From Bythopirellula sp. (GTDB taxonomy: Bacteria > Planctomycetota > Planctomycetia > Pirellulales > Lacipirellulaceae): DNA of 64,000 nucleotides. Made by a program: the position numbers and the translations under genes. Every line of letters begins with the position of its first letter. Position 1 is the first letter of the stretch. Where the stretch lies: assembly GCA_965216565.1 (NCBI GenBank), contig OZ244170.1:2880001-2944000 (forward strand), in the 5' to 3' direction. The notes under the pieces are model-generated. The model had not been told where the DNA came from. It worked only from the letters and a program-made list of their open reading frames with translations, and did no database searches. Of this stretch, positions 47,664-56,957 are shown in pieces.

Positions 47664-49835
47664 ATGCGATCCACCACAGTCTATCAGCCCAGCCTGCAAC
47701 TACTTCTGGCAGCCCTGGCGACTTGTTTCACGCTTTCGCAACTCTCGCGTGCCGTGAGCGTTGCCTCCAATCCTTCAGCCACCGCGGATTCGTCGGAAAC
47801 CGCAAAGGAGCCTACCTTGATTCCCCGCAGCGTTCTCTTTGGCAATCCAGAAAAAGCTATGGCACGGATTAGCCCGAATGGTAAATGGCTCAGCTACCTG
47901 GCCCCCGTCGATGGCATTCTCAACGTTTGGGTGGGCCCACTTGATGCCCCAGACCAGGCCAAGCCCGTGACCAAGGATAAGGACCGAAACATCCAGGGCT
48001 ATCGCTGGGCGTACAACGGCGATCAAATTCTTTACAGTCAGGACAAGGAAGGCGACGAAAACTGGCACGTCTACGCCACGAACGTCGAGACGGGTGAAAC
48101 CACTGACCTGACGCCACTTGAAGGCATCCACGCTCGCATACAAGAAACAAGCCAAAAATTTCCCAACGAAATTCTGGTTGGCCTCAACGACCGCGAACCA
48201 CGCTTCCACGACATTTACCATGTGAATCTTGAGACTGGCGAGCGAAAGCTAGTGCAAGAAAATCCTGGCGTAGCAGCCTACGTGACCGACGACGATTTCA
48301 ACGTTCGGTTTGCCTTCAACTTCACACCTGACGGCGGGCAGGTGTTACTCAAACCGAAAGTTGAGGGCGAGACCGGCAAGGATGCCGAGTGGGATGAGTT
48401 CATCAAGGTTGGCCCCGAAGATGCGATGAACACCTCGCCGGCTGGCTTCGACAAGACCGGTCGCATTCTTTACCTGCAAGATAGTCGAGAGCGTGACACT
48501 AGCGGACTGTTCGCACTGAACCTCGACACTGGCGAGCAAACGCTCGTGGCAGAAGATCCCCGTGCCGATATTGGCGGTGCCATTACGCATCCCACCGAAA
48601 AAACGATCGAGGCGGTTAGCTTCACTTACTCCCGCACCGAATGGACCATTCTGGACGAATCCATTCGCGATGATCTCGACTACCTCAACTCCGTGGAAGA
48701 TGGCGAGCTGGTGGTCACTGGCCGCACGCTCGACGATTCGCTGTGGACCGTCGCCTTTGTTCTGGATGATGGCCCGCTGAAGTATTACGTCTACGACCGG
48801 AAAAATCGCCAAGCAAAATTCCTGTTCAGTAGCCGCGATGACTTGGACGACTACCAACTCGTGAAGATGCGTACGCCTGTGATTGACTCGCGGGATGGTC
48901 TCAATCTCGTGAGCTATTTGTCGCTGCCCCTCGACAGCGATGCCGATGGTGACGGGCGTCCCGACAAACCGCTACCCATGGTTCTCGATGTGCATGGCGG
49001 ACCGTGGGCTCGCGACGGTTGGGGATACAACTCCACGCACCAGTGGCTCGCCAATCGAGGCTATGCCGTGTTGAGCGTCAATTACCGTGGTTCGACCGGC
49101 TTTGGCAAGAATTTTGTCAATGCCGCCAATGCCGAGTGGTCTCGCAAGATGCACGACGATTTGATCGATGCCGTCAATTGGGCCGTGGAAGAAGGCATTG
49201 CTGACAAAGACAAGGTTGCCATCATGGGTGGTAGCTACGGCGGCTATGCCACGCTCGTCGGGCTGACGTTCACTCCTGATGTGTTTGCCTGCGGTGTCGA
49301 CATAGTTGGCCCTTCGAGTCTGGTGACGTTGATGGAGAACATTCCACCCTATTGGTATTCGTTCTTGCCCGTCATGAAAATTCGTGTTGGCGATGCCAGC
49401 ACCGAAGAAGGCCGTGCGGAACTTCTTAAGCGTTCCCCACTTTCATTGGTTGATAAGATCAAAAAGCCGCTCCTCATCGGCCAAGGTGCCAACGACCCGC
49501 GCGTGACGCAGCTCGAGGCGGACCAAATCGTCGAGGCGATGACCGCTAACAACATCCCCGTGACTTACGTGCTGTATCCCGACGAAGGGCATGGTTTTTC
49601 AGGCGAGCACAATCGCATGTCGTTTAATGCGGTGACCGAGGCTTTCCTGGCCGAGAACCTCGGCGGTCGTTTCCAGCCGGTGGGTAACGACTTTGAAGAG
49701 TCGAGCCTGTACATCCCCACCGGGGCGGACGACGTACCCGGCGTGGCAGACGCCCTTCCTGAGGGACGAGCGGAAATGCCACCCGTGGAAGAAGAGGCTG
49801 ACGAGAACGAAGCGGCCGCCGCGTCGCCTGAGTGA
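47664..49835 (+). CDS. S9-family (prolyl oligo/acylaminoacyl) peptidase, secreted
   Basis: VHGGPW, NYRGSTGFG, GGSYGG, GANDPRV and DEGHGF; signal peptide. Confidence 0.93.
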   Translation: MRSTTVYQPSLQLLLAALATCFTLSQLSRAVSVASNPSATADSSETAKEPTLIPRSVLFGNPEKAMARISPNGKWLSYLAPVDGILNVWVGPLDAPDQAKPVTKDKDRNIQGYRWAYNGDQILYSQDKEGDENWHVYATNVETGETTDLTPLEGIHARIQETSQKFPNEILVGLNDREPRFHDIYHVNLETGERKLVQENPGVAAYVTDDDFNVRFAFNFTPDGGQVLLKPKVEGETGKDAEWDEFIKVGPEDAMNTSPAGFDKTGRILYLQDSRERDTSGLFALNLDTGEQTLVAEDPRADIGGAITHPTEKTIEAVSFTYSRTEWTILDESIRDDLDYLNSVEDGELVVTGRTLDDSLWTVAFVLDDGPLKYYVYDRKNRQAKFLFSSRDDLDDYQLVKMRTPVIDSRDGLNLVSYLSLPLDSDADGDGRPDKPLPMVLDVHGGPWARDGWGYNSTHQWLANRGYAVLSVNYRGSTGFGKNFVNAANAEWSRKMHDDLIDAVNWAVEEGIADKDKVAIMGGSYGGYATLVGLTFTPDVFACGVDIVGPSSLVTLMENIPPYWYSFLPVMKIRVGDASTEEGRAELLKRSPLSLVDKIKKPLLIGQGANDPRVTQLEADQIVEAMTANNIPVTYVLYPDEGHGFSGEHNRMSFNAVTEAFLAENLGGRFQPVGNDFEESSLYIPTGADDVPGVADALPEGRAEMPPVEEEADENEAAAASPE

Positions 49836-49866
49836 ATGTGGTAGCAAGTCTTTTTTGGAATTATGC

Positions 49867-49895
49867 TTGTCAATCTCCACAATCGAGCCGACAAT
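49867..49895 (+). promoter_or_regulatory. Putative sigma70 promoter of the aroF leader
   Basis: TTGTCA (49867-49872)-17 nt-GACAAT (49890-49895). Confidence 0.6.
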
Positions 49896-49904
49896 GGAGG
49901 TGTA

Positions 49905-49988
49905 ATGCACGCGAATACTTTTAACTTCTGGTTTACGACCGCTCGCTACTTCTATTTTGGCAGTAGCGGGGCTGGAGGTTTTGCGTAG
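49905..49988 (+). CDS. Aromatic-amino-acid attenuator leader peptide MHANTFNFWFTTARYFYFGSSGAGGFA (27 aa)
   Basis: 6 Phe, 1 Trp and 2 Tyr codons in FNFWF and YFYF clusters; GGAGG 4 nt upstream; followed by a terminator and aroF. Confidence 0.82.
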   Translation: MHANTFNFWFTTARYFYFGSSGAGGFA

Positions 49989-50013
49989 GCGTTACTACAA
50001 ATCCTACAAAGCA

Positions 50014-50054
50014 AAGACCCCGAGCACCGCAATTGTGGTTCTCGGGGTTTTTTT
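50014..50054 (+). terminator. Intrinsic attenuator terminator upstream of aroF
   Basis: GACCCCGAG-C-ACCGC-AATT-GTGGT-T-CTCGGGG followed by T7. Confidence 0.85.
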
Positions 50055-50208
50055 GTTGGTGCATTGAGAACGAAAATAATGCGTTTCCACGTCCCCCTCC
50101 CCCGTTTTCGGGGGAGGAGTTAGGAGAGGGGGCTGTCAGTGTTGAGATAGCAGCCTTAGACAAACTTCGCCAATTAGGCATACAAACTAATCTACAGGAG
50201 TAAACAAA

Positions 50209-51225
50209 ATGATCATCGTCATGAAGCAAAACGCACCGACCGATGAGATCGACCACGTCGTCTCGAGCGTCAAGGAACTAGGGCTGAAACCAGTTATCAT
50301 CGAGGGCACCGAACGGACCGTCGTGGCAGTGGTGGGCGAAGAACGGGACGCCGGCATCATGGCCCTGGAAAGTAGCCCGGGCGTGGACGAAATCCTTCCG
50401 ATTGTCGCCCCCTACAAACTCGCGAGTAAAGAAGTCCGCCCCGAGCCCAGTACGGTCAAAGCGGGCAGCCTCACCGTGGGCAACGGCAAGATCGGTGTGA
50501 TTGCCGGGCCGTGCTCGGTAGAGAGCGAAGATCAACTGATGGAAACAGCTCACGCCGTCAAGAAAGCTGGTGCCACAGCACTCCGCGGCGGTGCGTTCAA
50601 GCCACGCACCAGCCCCTATAGTTTCCAAGGTTTAAAGGAAGAAGGTTTGAAACTACTGGCCGAGGCTCGCAATCAAACCGGACTGGCCGTAGTGACCGAA
50701 GTGGTGTCGCCCGACGATGTTGACTTGGTTTGCGAATATGCAGACGTCTTGCAAATTGGCGCACGCAATATGCAGAACTACCGCTTGCTGGAAGCGGTGG
50801 GCCGTTGCCCGAAGCCGGCACTTCTGAAACGTGGCCCCAGTGCCACCGTCGACGAGTGGCTGTTGGCAGCCGAGTACATCCTCGACGGAGGCAATCACAA
50901 CGTGATGCTCTGCGAGCGCGGCATTCGCACCTACGAGGCGCACACCCGGTTCACCTTGCCGCTGGCCTCGGTGCCCTACGTGCAACAAAAGACGCACCTA
51001 CCCATCGTCATCGACCCCAGCCACGGCACAGGCCACACCTACATGGTACCTGCGCTTTCACGGGCAGCGATTGCCGCTGGGTGCGACGGCCTCATCGTCG
51101 AAGTCCACCGCAATCCCGACAAAGCGATGAGCGACGGCTATCAATCGATGACGCACGATCAGTTCGAAGAGATGATGACCGGTTGCCAGAAGGTAGCGGC
51201 GGCGATGGATTGCGAGTTGGGATAG
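50209..51225 (+). CDS. aroF: 3-deoxy-7-phosphoheptulonate (DAHP) synthase, type I-beta with N-terminal regulatory domain
   Basis: [46 protein letters not shown] and SDG motifs; AGGAG SD. Confidence 0.95.
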   Translation: MIIVMKQNAPTDEIDHVVSSVKELGLKPVIIEGTERTVVAVVGEERDAGIMALESSPGVDEILPIVAPYKLASKEVRPEPSTVKAGSLTVGNGKIGVIAGPCSVESEDQLMETAHAVKKAGATALRGGAFKPRTSPYSFQGLKEEGLKLLAEARNQTGLAVVTEVVSPDDVDLVCEYADVLQIGARNMQNYRLLEAVGRCPKPALLKRGPSATVDEWLLAAEYILDGGNHNVMLCERGIRTYEAHTRFTLPLASVPYVQQKTHLPIVIDPSHGTGHTYMVPALSRAAIAAGCDGLIVEVHRNPDKAMSDGYQSMTHDQFEEMMTGCQKVAAAMDCELG

Positions 51226-51597
51226 CGGTGGGGAGTGATCGATAGTTGTTTGATAACCACAAAAAGCACAAGGAGGCACGAAAGAGTGTATGCAATGAAT
51301 CTCTTTTTGTGACTCTTTGTGTTCTTCGTGGCTATTGTTAGCAGGATTGGCTGAAGTTGGGTGGCAGCTACACTTGTCCGCAGTGGACGTCGCCACTTAG
51401 AAACTATATTCGGACACGTGTCGGTGTCGCTTGCGACAGGAGGCTCGCCCGGTTTGGCTCCGGTGCTTTGCACACGGCTAGTCGACCCAAAGTAATTACT
51501 CGCTTGGCTGCCTGATCGCCATCCGACTGTTCGGGCTACATGCGGGCATTCTCATAAACCAGCATTTTTCTCCATCGTTGTGTTAAGGGGAACATTA

Positions 51598-51828
51598 ATG
51601 GGTCGAATCACTGAAGTATTCATAATCGAAGAACTATGCCTGTTACATGGAATGTGCGTGCCCGAGTGTCCGGAAGTCTTCCGGATTCGGGACGGCGATT
51701 CATTTGCCTCTATTACCCCGAACGCCGAAAAGTACTTTGAGACCCTGGACGGAGACATTCGTTCAGCTATGGAGTGCTGCCCTATGTCATGCATCCAGGT
51801 TGTCGAAGTCGATGACTCAAGTCCTTAG
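51598..51828 (+). CDS. Single-cluster ferredoxin with CxxHxxC...CP motif
   Basis: CLLHGMCVPECPEVF ... AMECCPMSCI; purine-rich RBS ahead of ATG 51598. Confidence 0.75.
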   Translation: MGRITEVFIIEELCLLHGMCVPECPEVFRIRDGDSFASITPNAEKYFETLDGDIRSAMECCPMSCIQVVEVDDSSP

Positions 51829-51924
51829 CGGCGGCCCATCGATTTCTCTCGTTCGAGCGCAACCCACACGATGGGCCTAACGTCACCATCCTACCTCTGA
51901 ATCAGCAATCGCCCTATATAGATC

Positions 51925-53835
51925 TCACCGATCGAGCTTTTGCTTCACCAACCACTGAAGAATCGCCCGCTGTACATAAGCGGGTTGGCGGGCGATGATG
52001 GTGCCGCTATGCGAATCAAACAAGAGCGTGGCTTGATCGTTGCTGGCGCCTGTCACTGTCGCGAGGTGGTTTGCCAGTGCTTTGACCACCTGCTGACCAT
52101 CGGCAGCAGAGTTTGCATTCAGCGGGTAAAGTTCCAACTGGTAATCACGCGCAAACTGCTCGGCGGTGGAGATCTCAATCGTGCCTCCAAAGGAGACTCG
52201 CCAGTCGAGACCCAACGGTTCGAGCACTTCGTCGAGCGCCTGTTGCCAATTGCGATCACTCACCGCACACACGATGGTGGCCTCGGGCCACAGATCGAGC
52301 TCCGCCAGCGCGACCCAATCGACCAGGATGGGCACATCGAGTTCACGCTGCCAGTGTTGCACGACTTCCGCAAGCGGAGTTTCATTGGAAAACGTGAATA
52401 GCGCCGGTCCTGTCAGCCGAGCCGCCATCGCCGCGTGCAGGGGCGTCGGTGCTAGCCGCTCCACCGGGAAGCGGCTGCGTGTGAGTCGCCCATTGACCAG
52501 CCGTAGTCGTTCGAGGAACACCAACAATTCGTAATGAACTGGTTGCGATTGAGTGACGACCAACGAGTTCCCATCGAGTTCCACAGTGGCGACACCCCAA
52601 CTCTCGGGAGCGACGAGTTGTTTGACAAGGTAAATCAACGTCTCGCCGTCTTCTGCGGAATCGACCAAATCGTCGAGAGGGTATTCGATCTCCCGCGTCT
52701 GCTCTGAGTTCTTACGCGTAACTACCACGTGCGGGCCACGATATTGATGCTCAAGTTTCAAGCTTGCCAACACTTCGGCGAGCGCGGCATCGAGCGTTAC
52801 GTCGGTTGCATCAATCGAAACCCGCTGTCGTCCGGAAATGCCGGCCATCAGCAAATGCTCGGCGTCGACACTTACCGGCACGCCGGCTAGCTGCGAAGCG
52901 AGCTGCAAGAATTCAACCAGTGGCATCTCGCGGACCTGAATCCCTGGCAGCTTACGGGCGAACTGCTCGCGGGCGATTCGCGTTGCAGCCCCGTCGTCCG
53001 GCAGTTTCCCTCGCCGCACAAGTGGCAGGGTCGTCGATTGCGGTTCCGGCGCATTGCCGGCTTGCACATTGCCCACCTGCGGACGCGGCGGCATTTTGAT
53101 TTTGGGCTCCGGGGATTCCGGCTCGGTATCGCTGAGGGTCTCCAGGTCGAGCGACTCGGGGTCGAAGTCCAGTGCGTTGAACTGGCGGCCATTCGCCGGC
53201 TCAATCTTCTCACGGCTAGCTACTTTCGGAACTTCGGATGCCGATGGTTCACTGGGTGTGGATGTTGGCTCTGATTGTTCGCTAAGCGATGCATCTGCTT
53301 GGGGTGTGGTTGGATTATCTGGTAGAGCTGGTTCGCTCTCAGCTGGATTGGTTGGCAGCTTTGCATCAGGTGCTGCTGGTGCGGCCTCTAACTCATGTCG
53401 AACAACCGGCTGTTGGCTTTTTTCTTGAACGATGTTTTCTTGAGCAATGGTTTCTGGGGGTGCTGCCGGCGTAGTTTCTGGCTTGGTTTCAGAATCTGGA
53501 ATCGTCGCTTGGACAGACGCAACCTGTTGCGGGTCGACTTCAGAATCCCCGGGCCAGAAGGCGACCGCGGCGATTGCCAGCACCCCAAGTACTAATATTC
53601 CACCGGCAAGGGCTACGACTGGAAAAGCGGAGGCAGCTTGATCGGCTCCCACAACGAGCGGCGTTTCAGAAGGGGGCGAAGTTTCAGCACCCTCCTTCGG
53701 TGCCGCTTCTGCGGGAGAATGCACTTCAACCATGCTCCCGCAACGGGGGCAAGCGATGATCTGTCCGACGATCGACTCGCTGCGCACCGAGAGCGCAGCC
53801 TGACACGTCACACAGTTGATCTTGAATGGTTCCAC
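51925..53835 (-). CDS. Planctomycete-type membrane protein: N-terminal Zn finger, TM helix, Pro/Glu-rich linker, secretin-N/STN-like domains
   Basis: CVTC...CPRC; hydrophobic helix; MPLVEFLQLASQLAGVPV and VAPESW segments. Confidence 0.72.
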   Translation of the reverse strand: MEPFKINCVTCQAALSVRSESIVGQIIACPRCGSMVEVHSPAEAAPKEGAETSPPSETPLVVGADQAASAFPVVALAGGILVLGVLAIAAVAFWPGDSEVDPQQVASVQATIPDSETKPETTPAAPPETIAQENIVQEKSQQPVVRHELEAAPAAPDAKLPTNPAESEPALPDNPTTPQADASLSEQSEPTSTPSEPSASEVPKVASREKIEPANGRQFNALDFDPESLDLETLSDTEPESPEPKIKMPPRPQVGNVQAGNAPEPQSTTLPLVRRGKLPDDGAATRIAREQFARKLPGIQVREMPLVEFLQLASQLAGVPVSVDAEHLLMAGISGRQRVSIDATDVTLDAALAEVLASLKLEHQYRGPHVVVTRKNSEQTREIEYPLDDLVDSAEDGETLIYLVKQLVAPESWGVATVELDGNSLVVTQSQPVHYELLVFLERLRLVNGRLTRSRFPVERLAPTPLHAAMAARLTGPALFTFSNETPLAEVVQHWQRELDVPILVDWVALAELDLWPEATIVCAVSDRNWQQALDEVLEPLGLDWRVSFGGTIEISTAEQFARDYQLELYPLNANSAADGQQVVKALANHLATVTGASNDQATLLFDSHSGTIIARQPAYVQRAILQWLVKQKLDR

Positions 53836-53919
53836 TTGAATTTAGCGCCGTACGGGTCGCTGCCTGGTCATCGAATCTCGAACTCGATGACTGTTCTGAT
53901 TTAATTCCATTATAGCCAG

Positions 53920-55500
53920 TTACTCAGTTTGGGGGACAAACACTTCTGGCAAAGCGTCACCCCGTTTTTCTGCCGCCGTGCGTGTCGTCACAACGATTAC
54001 GCCGGTCGGGCTATCTGTATCTCGCAGGACGTATACCAATTTTTGCTTTGTATCGGACAAACTCTCAGCAGTGCGATCTGGATTCGCCTGGGCCAGAATT
54101 GCTTGCAGGATCTCACTCGCGGGGAGGTCGCGGAGGTCCATCCCAAAAGATTGGTTCTTTGTGATCCCCTCTAATTGTAGGTCACGCCCGGCGATCTCGA
54201 TTTTGGCCCCAATATCCTCGGAAAGCAGAGCCAGGGCCTGCTCCAACGTGTCTTTGGCGAACGACATCGAAGTGACTATGGTGAGTTTTTCACGCAACGT
54301 TTTTGGCGATGCGCTAGGATCAGAAACAAGTTCCCCTTCGTTGGGCAATGACAGCAATAGCTCGCTAGCCATCAAGAAATTGTGCCCCGCGGCCACAGGC
54401 AGGTAGCACCGCAGCACGCTCACACCCTCGACCTCTCCACTGCGTGCGTAACTACCCAAGAGATTGAGCATGGCAGGAAATCGCTCGACGATCTCTCGTC
54501 CATGGGGATGAACCGGCTCCGACGAAATTGCAGTTTCCAGCTTGGCCGACGCATTGGGTATCCAAGCGGCAAGTTTCGCCCCAAACCGATGTGCGCGGAC
54601 GCTGAGTGCGACACTCGATTGAAGTTCCAAAAAGAAATGGTCGCCCCAATGCGCGCTCAGCGCAACCCCCATGGCATCGTCCCCGGCAATCTTAGCGACG
54701 AGTTCGCTCAGTCCCTCGGCATCGCCCTCCAAAAGCTTATGCCCTTCGGTCTTGAGAAAACGCGTTGGAAACACCAGCGTTGCCGTTCGTTCGTCATCGG
54801 TGCGGTCCAGCAATCGTTGCATGTCGCGCGGAAACAAGGCGGGCTCGCTGCCATACTTCTCCAAGTCAGCGCGGTCTTCCTGATGGCAACAAACCAAGAT
54901 GCGCTTACCGGTCGACTCCGCTAGGAAACAAACATAGCCATCCGCGCTAGTTTCATCAGACGGTAGGGATGTGGCGGTGGTTGGCTCGATTCGTAACGTC
55001 GTGTGCAAATCTCCGCGTACCGTGGAATGCACGGCGACCGTCAACGATTCGATTTCCTCTGGCTGCAGACCGGTTCGCTCGGTCAACCGTTGCACGGCAC
55101 TCTCGCCCCACGGCCCCAGCGCGGCCATGATCTTTTCGGCTTCAGGATGGTCGTTAAGCTCCGCCATTCGCAAGTGGAGTATCAATTGCGTACCTGCGGG
55201 GATGTAGGTCAGTGCAAGCGGTTGTCCCACGGTGGGCGAAACCCACAATGTCTTCCCATCGTCTGCGATTGCCGCCGGAGCTACTGCGTCTCGCTCGATC
55301 GTTTGCTCTGCGGATTGCTCCGCAACTGTTTCGTTCGCGGCAGCTTCCACCTCGGCAGCAGAGTCTGTCTGACTCTCTTTCTGGGAGACATTTTGTGAAG
55401 ACTCTTCTTTCGAGCAGCCTGCCAGAAGCAGCATCGCGCCAAGTAGAGAACTGCAGATTGCAAACGAAATGGGGTTTTGCGTCATTTGGCTCTCTCTCAT
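53920..55500 (-). CDS. Putative lipoprotein with C-terminal STN-like segment (hypothetical)
   Basis: Lipobox LLAGC; TLEQALALLSEDIG..DLQLEGITKNQ; start uncertain (55500 or 55485). Confidence 0.7.
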   Translation of the reverse strand: MRESQMTQNPISFAICSSLLGAMLLLAGCSKEESSQNVSQKESQTDSAAEVEAAANETVAEQSAEQTIERDAVAPAAIADDGKTLWVSPTVGQPLALTYIPAGTQLILHLRMAELNDHPEAEKIMAALGPWGESAVQRLTERTGLQPEEIESLTVAVHSTVRGDLHTTLRIEPTTATSLPSDETSADGYVCFLAESTGKRILVCCHQEDRADLEKYGSEPALFPRDMQRLLDRTDDERTATLVFPTRFLKTEGHKLLEGDAEGLSELVAKIAGDDAMGVALSAHWGDHFFLELQSSVALSVRAHRFGAKLAAWIPNASAKLETAISSEPVHPHGREIVERFPAMLNLLGSYARSGEVEGVSVLRCYLPVAAGHNFLMASELLLSLPNEGELVSDPSASPKTLREKLTIVTSMSFAKDTLEQALALLSEDIGAKIEIAGRDLQLEGITKNQSFGMDLRDLPASEILQAILAQANPDRTAESLSDTKQKLVYVLRDTDSPTGVIVVTTRTAAEKRGDALPEVFVPQTE

Positions 55501-55625
55501 CCGTGTATTTTCGAGTCCTCGGTTCCTGTCGCTAGCCTGCTGTTGTTCGCCAAGCTGCCAAAACGTATCATCCACGCCAATGGAGACTCAAGCATCCTTC
55601 CTAGTCTACTGGCGAAGAGACAATT

Positions 55626-56861
55626 ATGAAATCGTTCGAGGCGGTGAAGCATTATTTCCATCTGGCAGCCGATCAATTGGAGTTTAGCGACGAAGTTCGA
55701 ACTCTGCTGCTCACTTCCAAGCGTGAAGTCCGGGTGCAGATTGCCGTGGAAATGGATAACGGCGAACTTAATACTTTGATTGGCTACCGCGTGCAGCATG
55801 ACAATGCCCGAGGGCCGATGAAAGGTGGCTTGCGTTATCACCACGAAGTCGACCTCGACGAAGTCCGTAGCTTGGCCTCGCTGATGACGTGGAAGACGGC
55901 CGTCGTCAATATTCCTTACGGCGGCGCCAAAGGCGGAGTGGCCGTCAACGCACGCGAACTCAGCCTACGGGAGATGGAACGTATTACGCGCAAGTTTGTC
56001 GACGAAATTCACGACATCATCGGCCCCGATGTCGACATCCCCGCTCCCGACATGGGCACCAATGCCGAGGTGATGGCGTGGATTATGAATCAGCACAATA
56101 AATATTATGGGTTCAATCCCGGGGTGGTCACCGGCAAACCGGTCGAGTATTACGGCATCCCCGGTCGCGAAGAAGCCACCGGCCGGGGCGTGGGCATCCT
56201 GGCATTAAAGACGCTCCAACGCTTGGGGCGCAAGCCTCAGGAAACTCGCGTCGCGATCCAGGGCTTCGGTAACGTCGGCTCGCACGCGGCAAAATTCTTG
56301 CACGAGACAGAATGCAAGATCGTCGCCATCAGCGATGTCACCGGCGGGTACTATCGACGCGACGGTATCAACGTGATGGAAGCCATCCGTCATGCGAATG
56401 CCAACAATCGTTCCCTCGGCGGCTTTGTGGGCACCGAGAAAATCACCAACGAAGAACTTTTGCAGCTCGACGTCGATCTGCTCGTCCCCGCGGCCCTAGG
56501 CGGAGTGATTCACGAGGAAAATGCACCGAAGATTCAAGCCCAAGTCGTCATCGAAGCTGCCAACGCGCCGGTGCGGCCCGAAGCCGACGAGATTCTCCAC
56601 GAGAAGGAAGTCATCGTGCTGCCCGACATCCTGGCCAACGCGGGCGGCGTGACGGTGAGTTACTTTGAATGGGCCCAAAACCGTCAGCACTACAAATGGA
56701 GCCTCGACCGCGTCCGGCAAGAGCTAGACCGCCAGCTAACGACCGCGTTTGAAGAAGTGTGGACCATGGCCACCGAACGCGACGTCCCACTTCGCACCGC
56801 CGCCTTCATGATCGGCCTAGAACGCGTCCGCCGGGCGACGGTGTTGAGTGGGATGGTTTGA
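55626..56861 (+). CDS. gdhA: Glutamate dehydrogenase (Glu/Leu/Phe/Val dehydrogenase family)
   Basis: RGPMKGGLRY, GGAKGG, DIPAPD, VTGKP, ATGRG, QGFGNVG and NAGGVTVSYFEW. Confidence 0.92.
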   Translation: MKSFEAVKHYFHLAADQLEFSDEVRTLLLTSKREVRVQIAVEMDNGELNTLIGYRVQHDNARGPMKGGLRYHHEVDLDEVRSLASLMTWKTAVVNIPYGGAKGGVAVNARELSLREMERITRKFVDEIHDIIGPDVDIPAPDMGTNAEVMAWIMNQHNKYYGFNPGVVTGKPVEYYGIPGREEATGRGVGILALKTLQRLGRKPQETRVAIQGFGNVGSHAAKFLHETECKIVAISDVTGGYYRRDGINVMEAIRHANANNRSLGGFVGTEKITNEELLQLDVDLLVPAALGGVIHEENAPKIQAQVVIEAANAPVRPEADEILHEKEVIVLPDILANAGGVTVSYFEWAQNRQHYKWSLDRVRQELDRQLTTAFEEVWTMATERDVPLRTAAFMIGLERVRRATVLSGMV

Positions 56862-56957
56862 ACGCTCTTGAAGAGCCGTGGGCGGGGACGCCACGGCTCG
56901 CTCTAGACTTGGGTGGTAGGGTGCGTGCAGTGGCAACGGAACGCACCGGAGAACACA

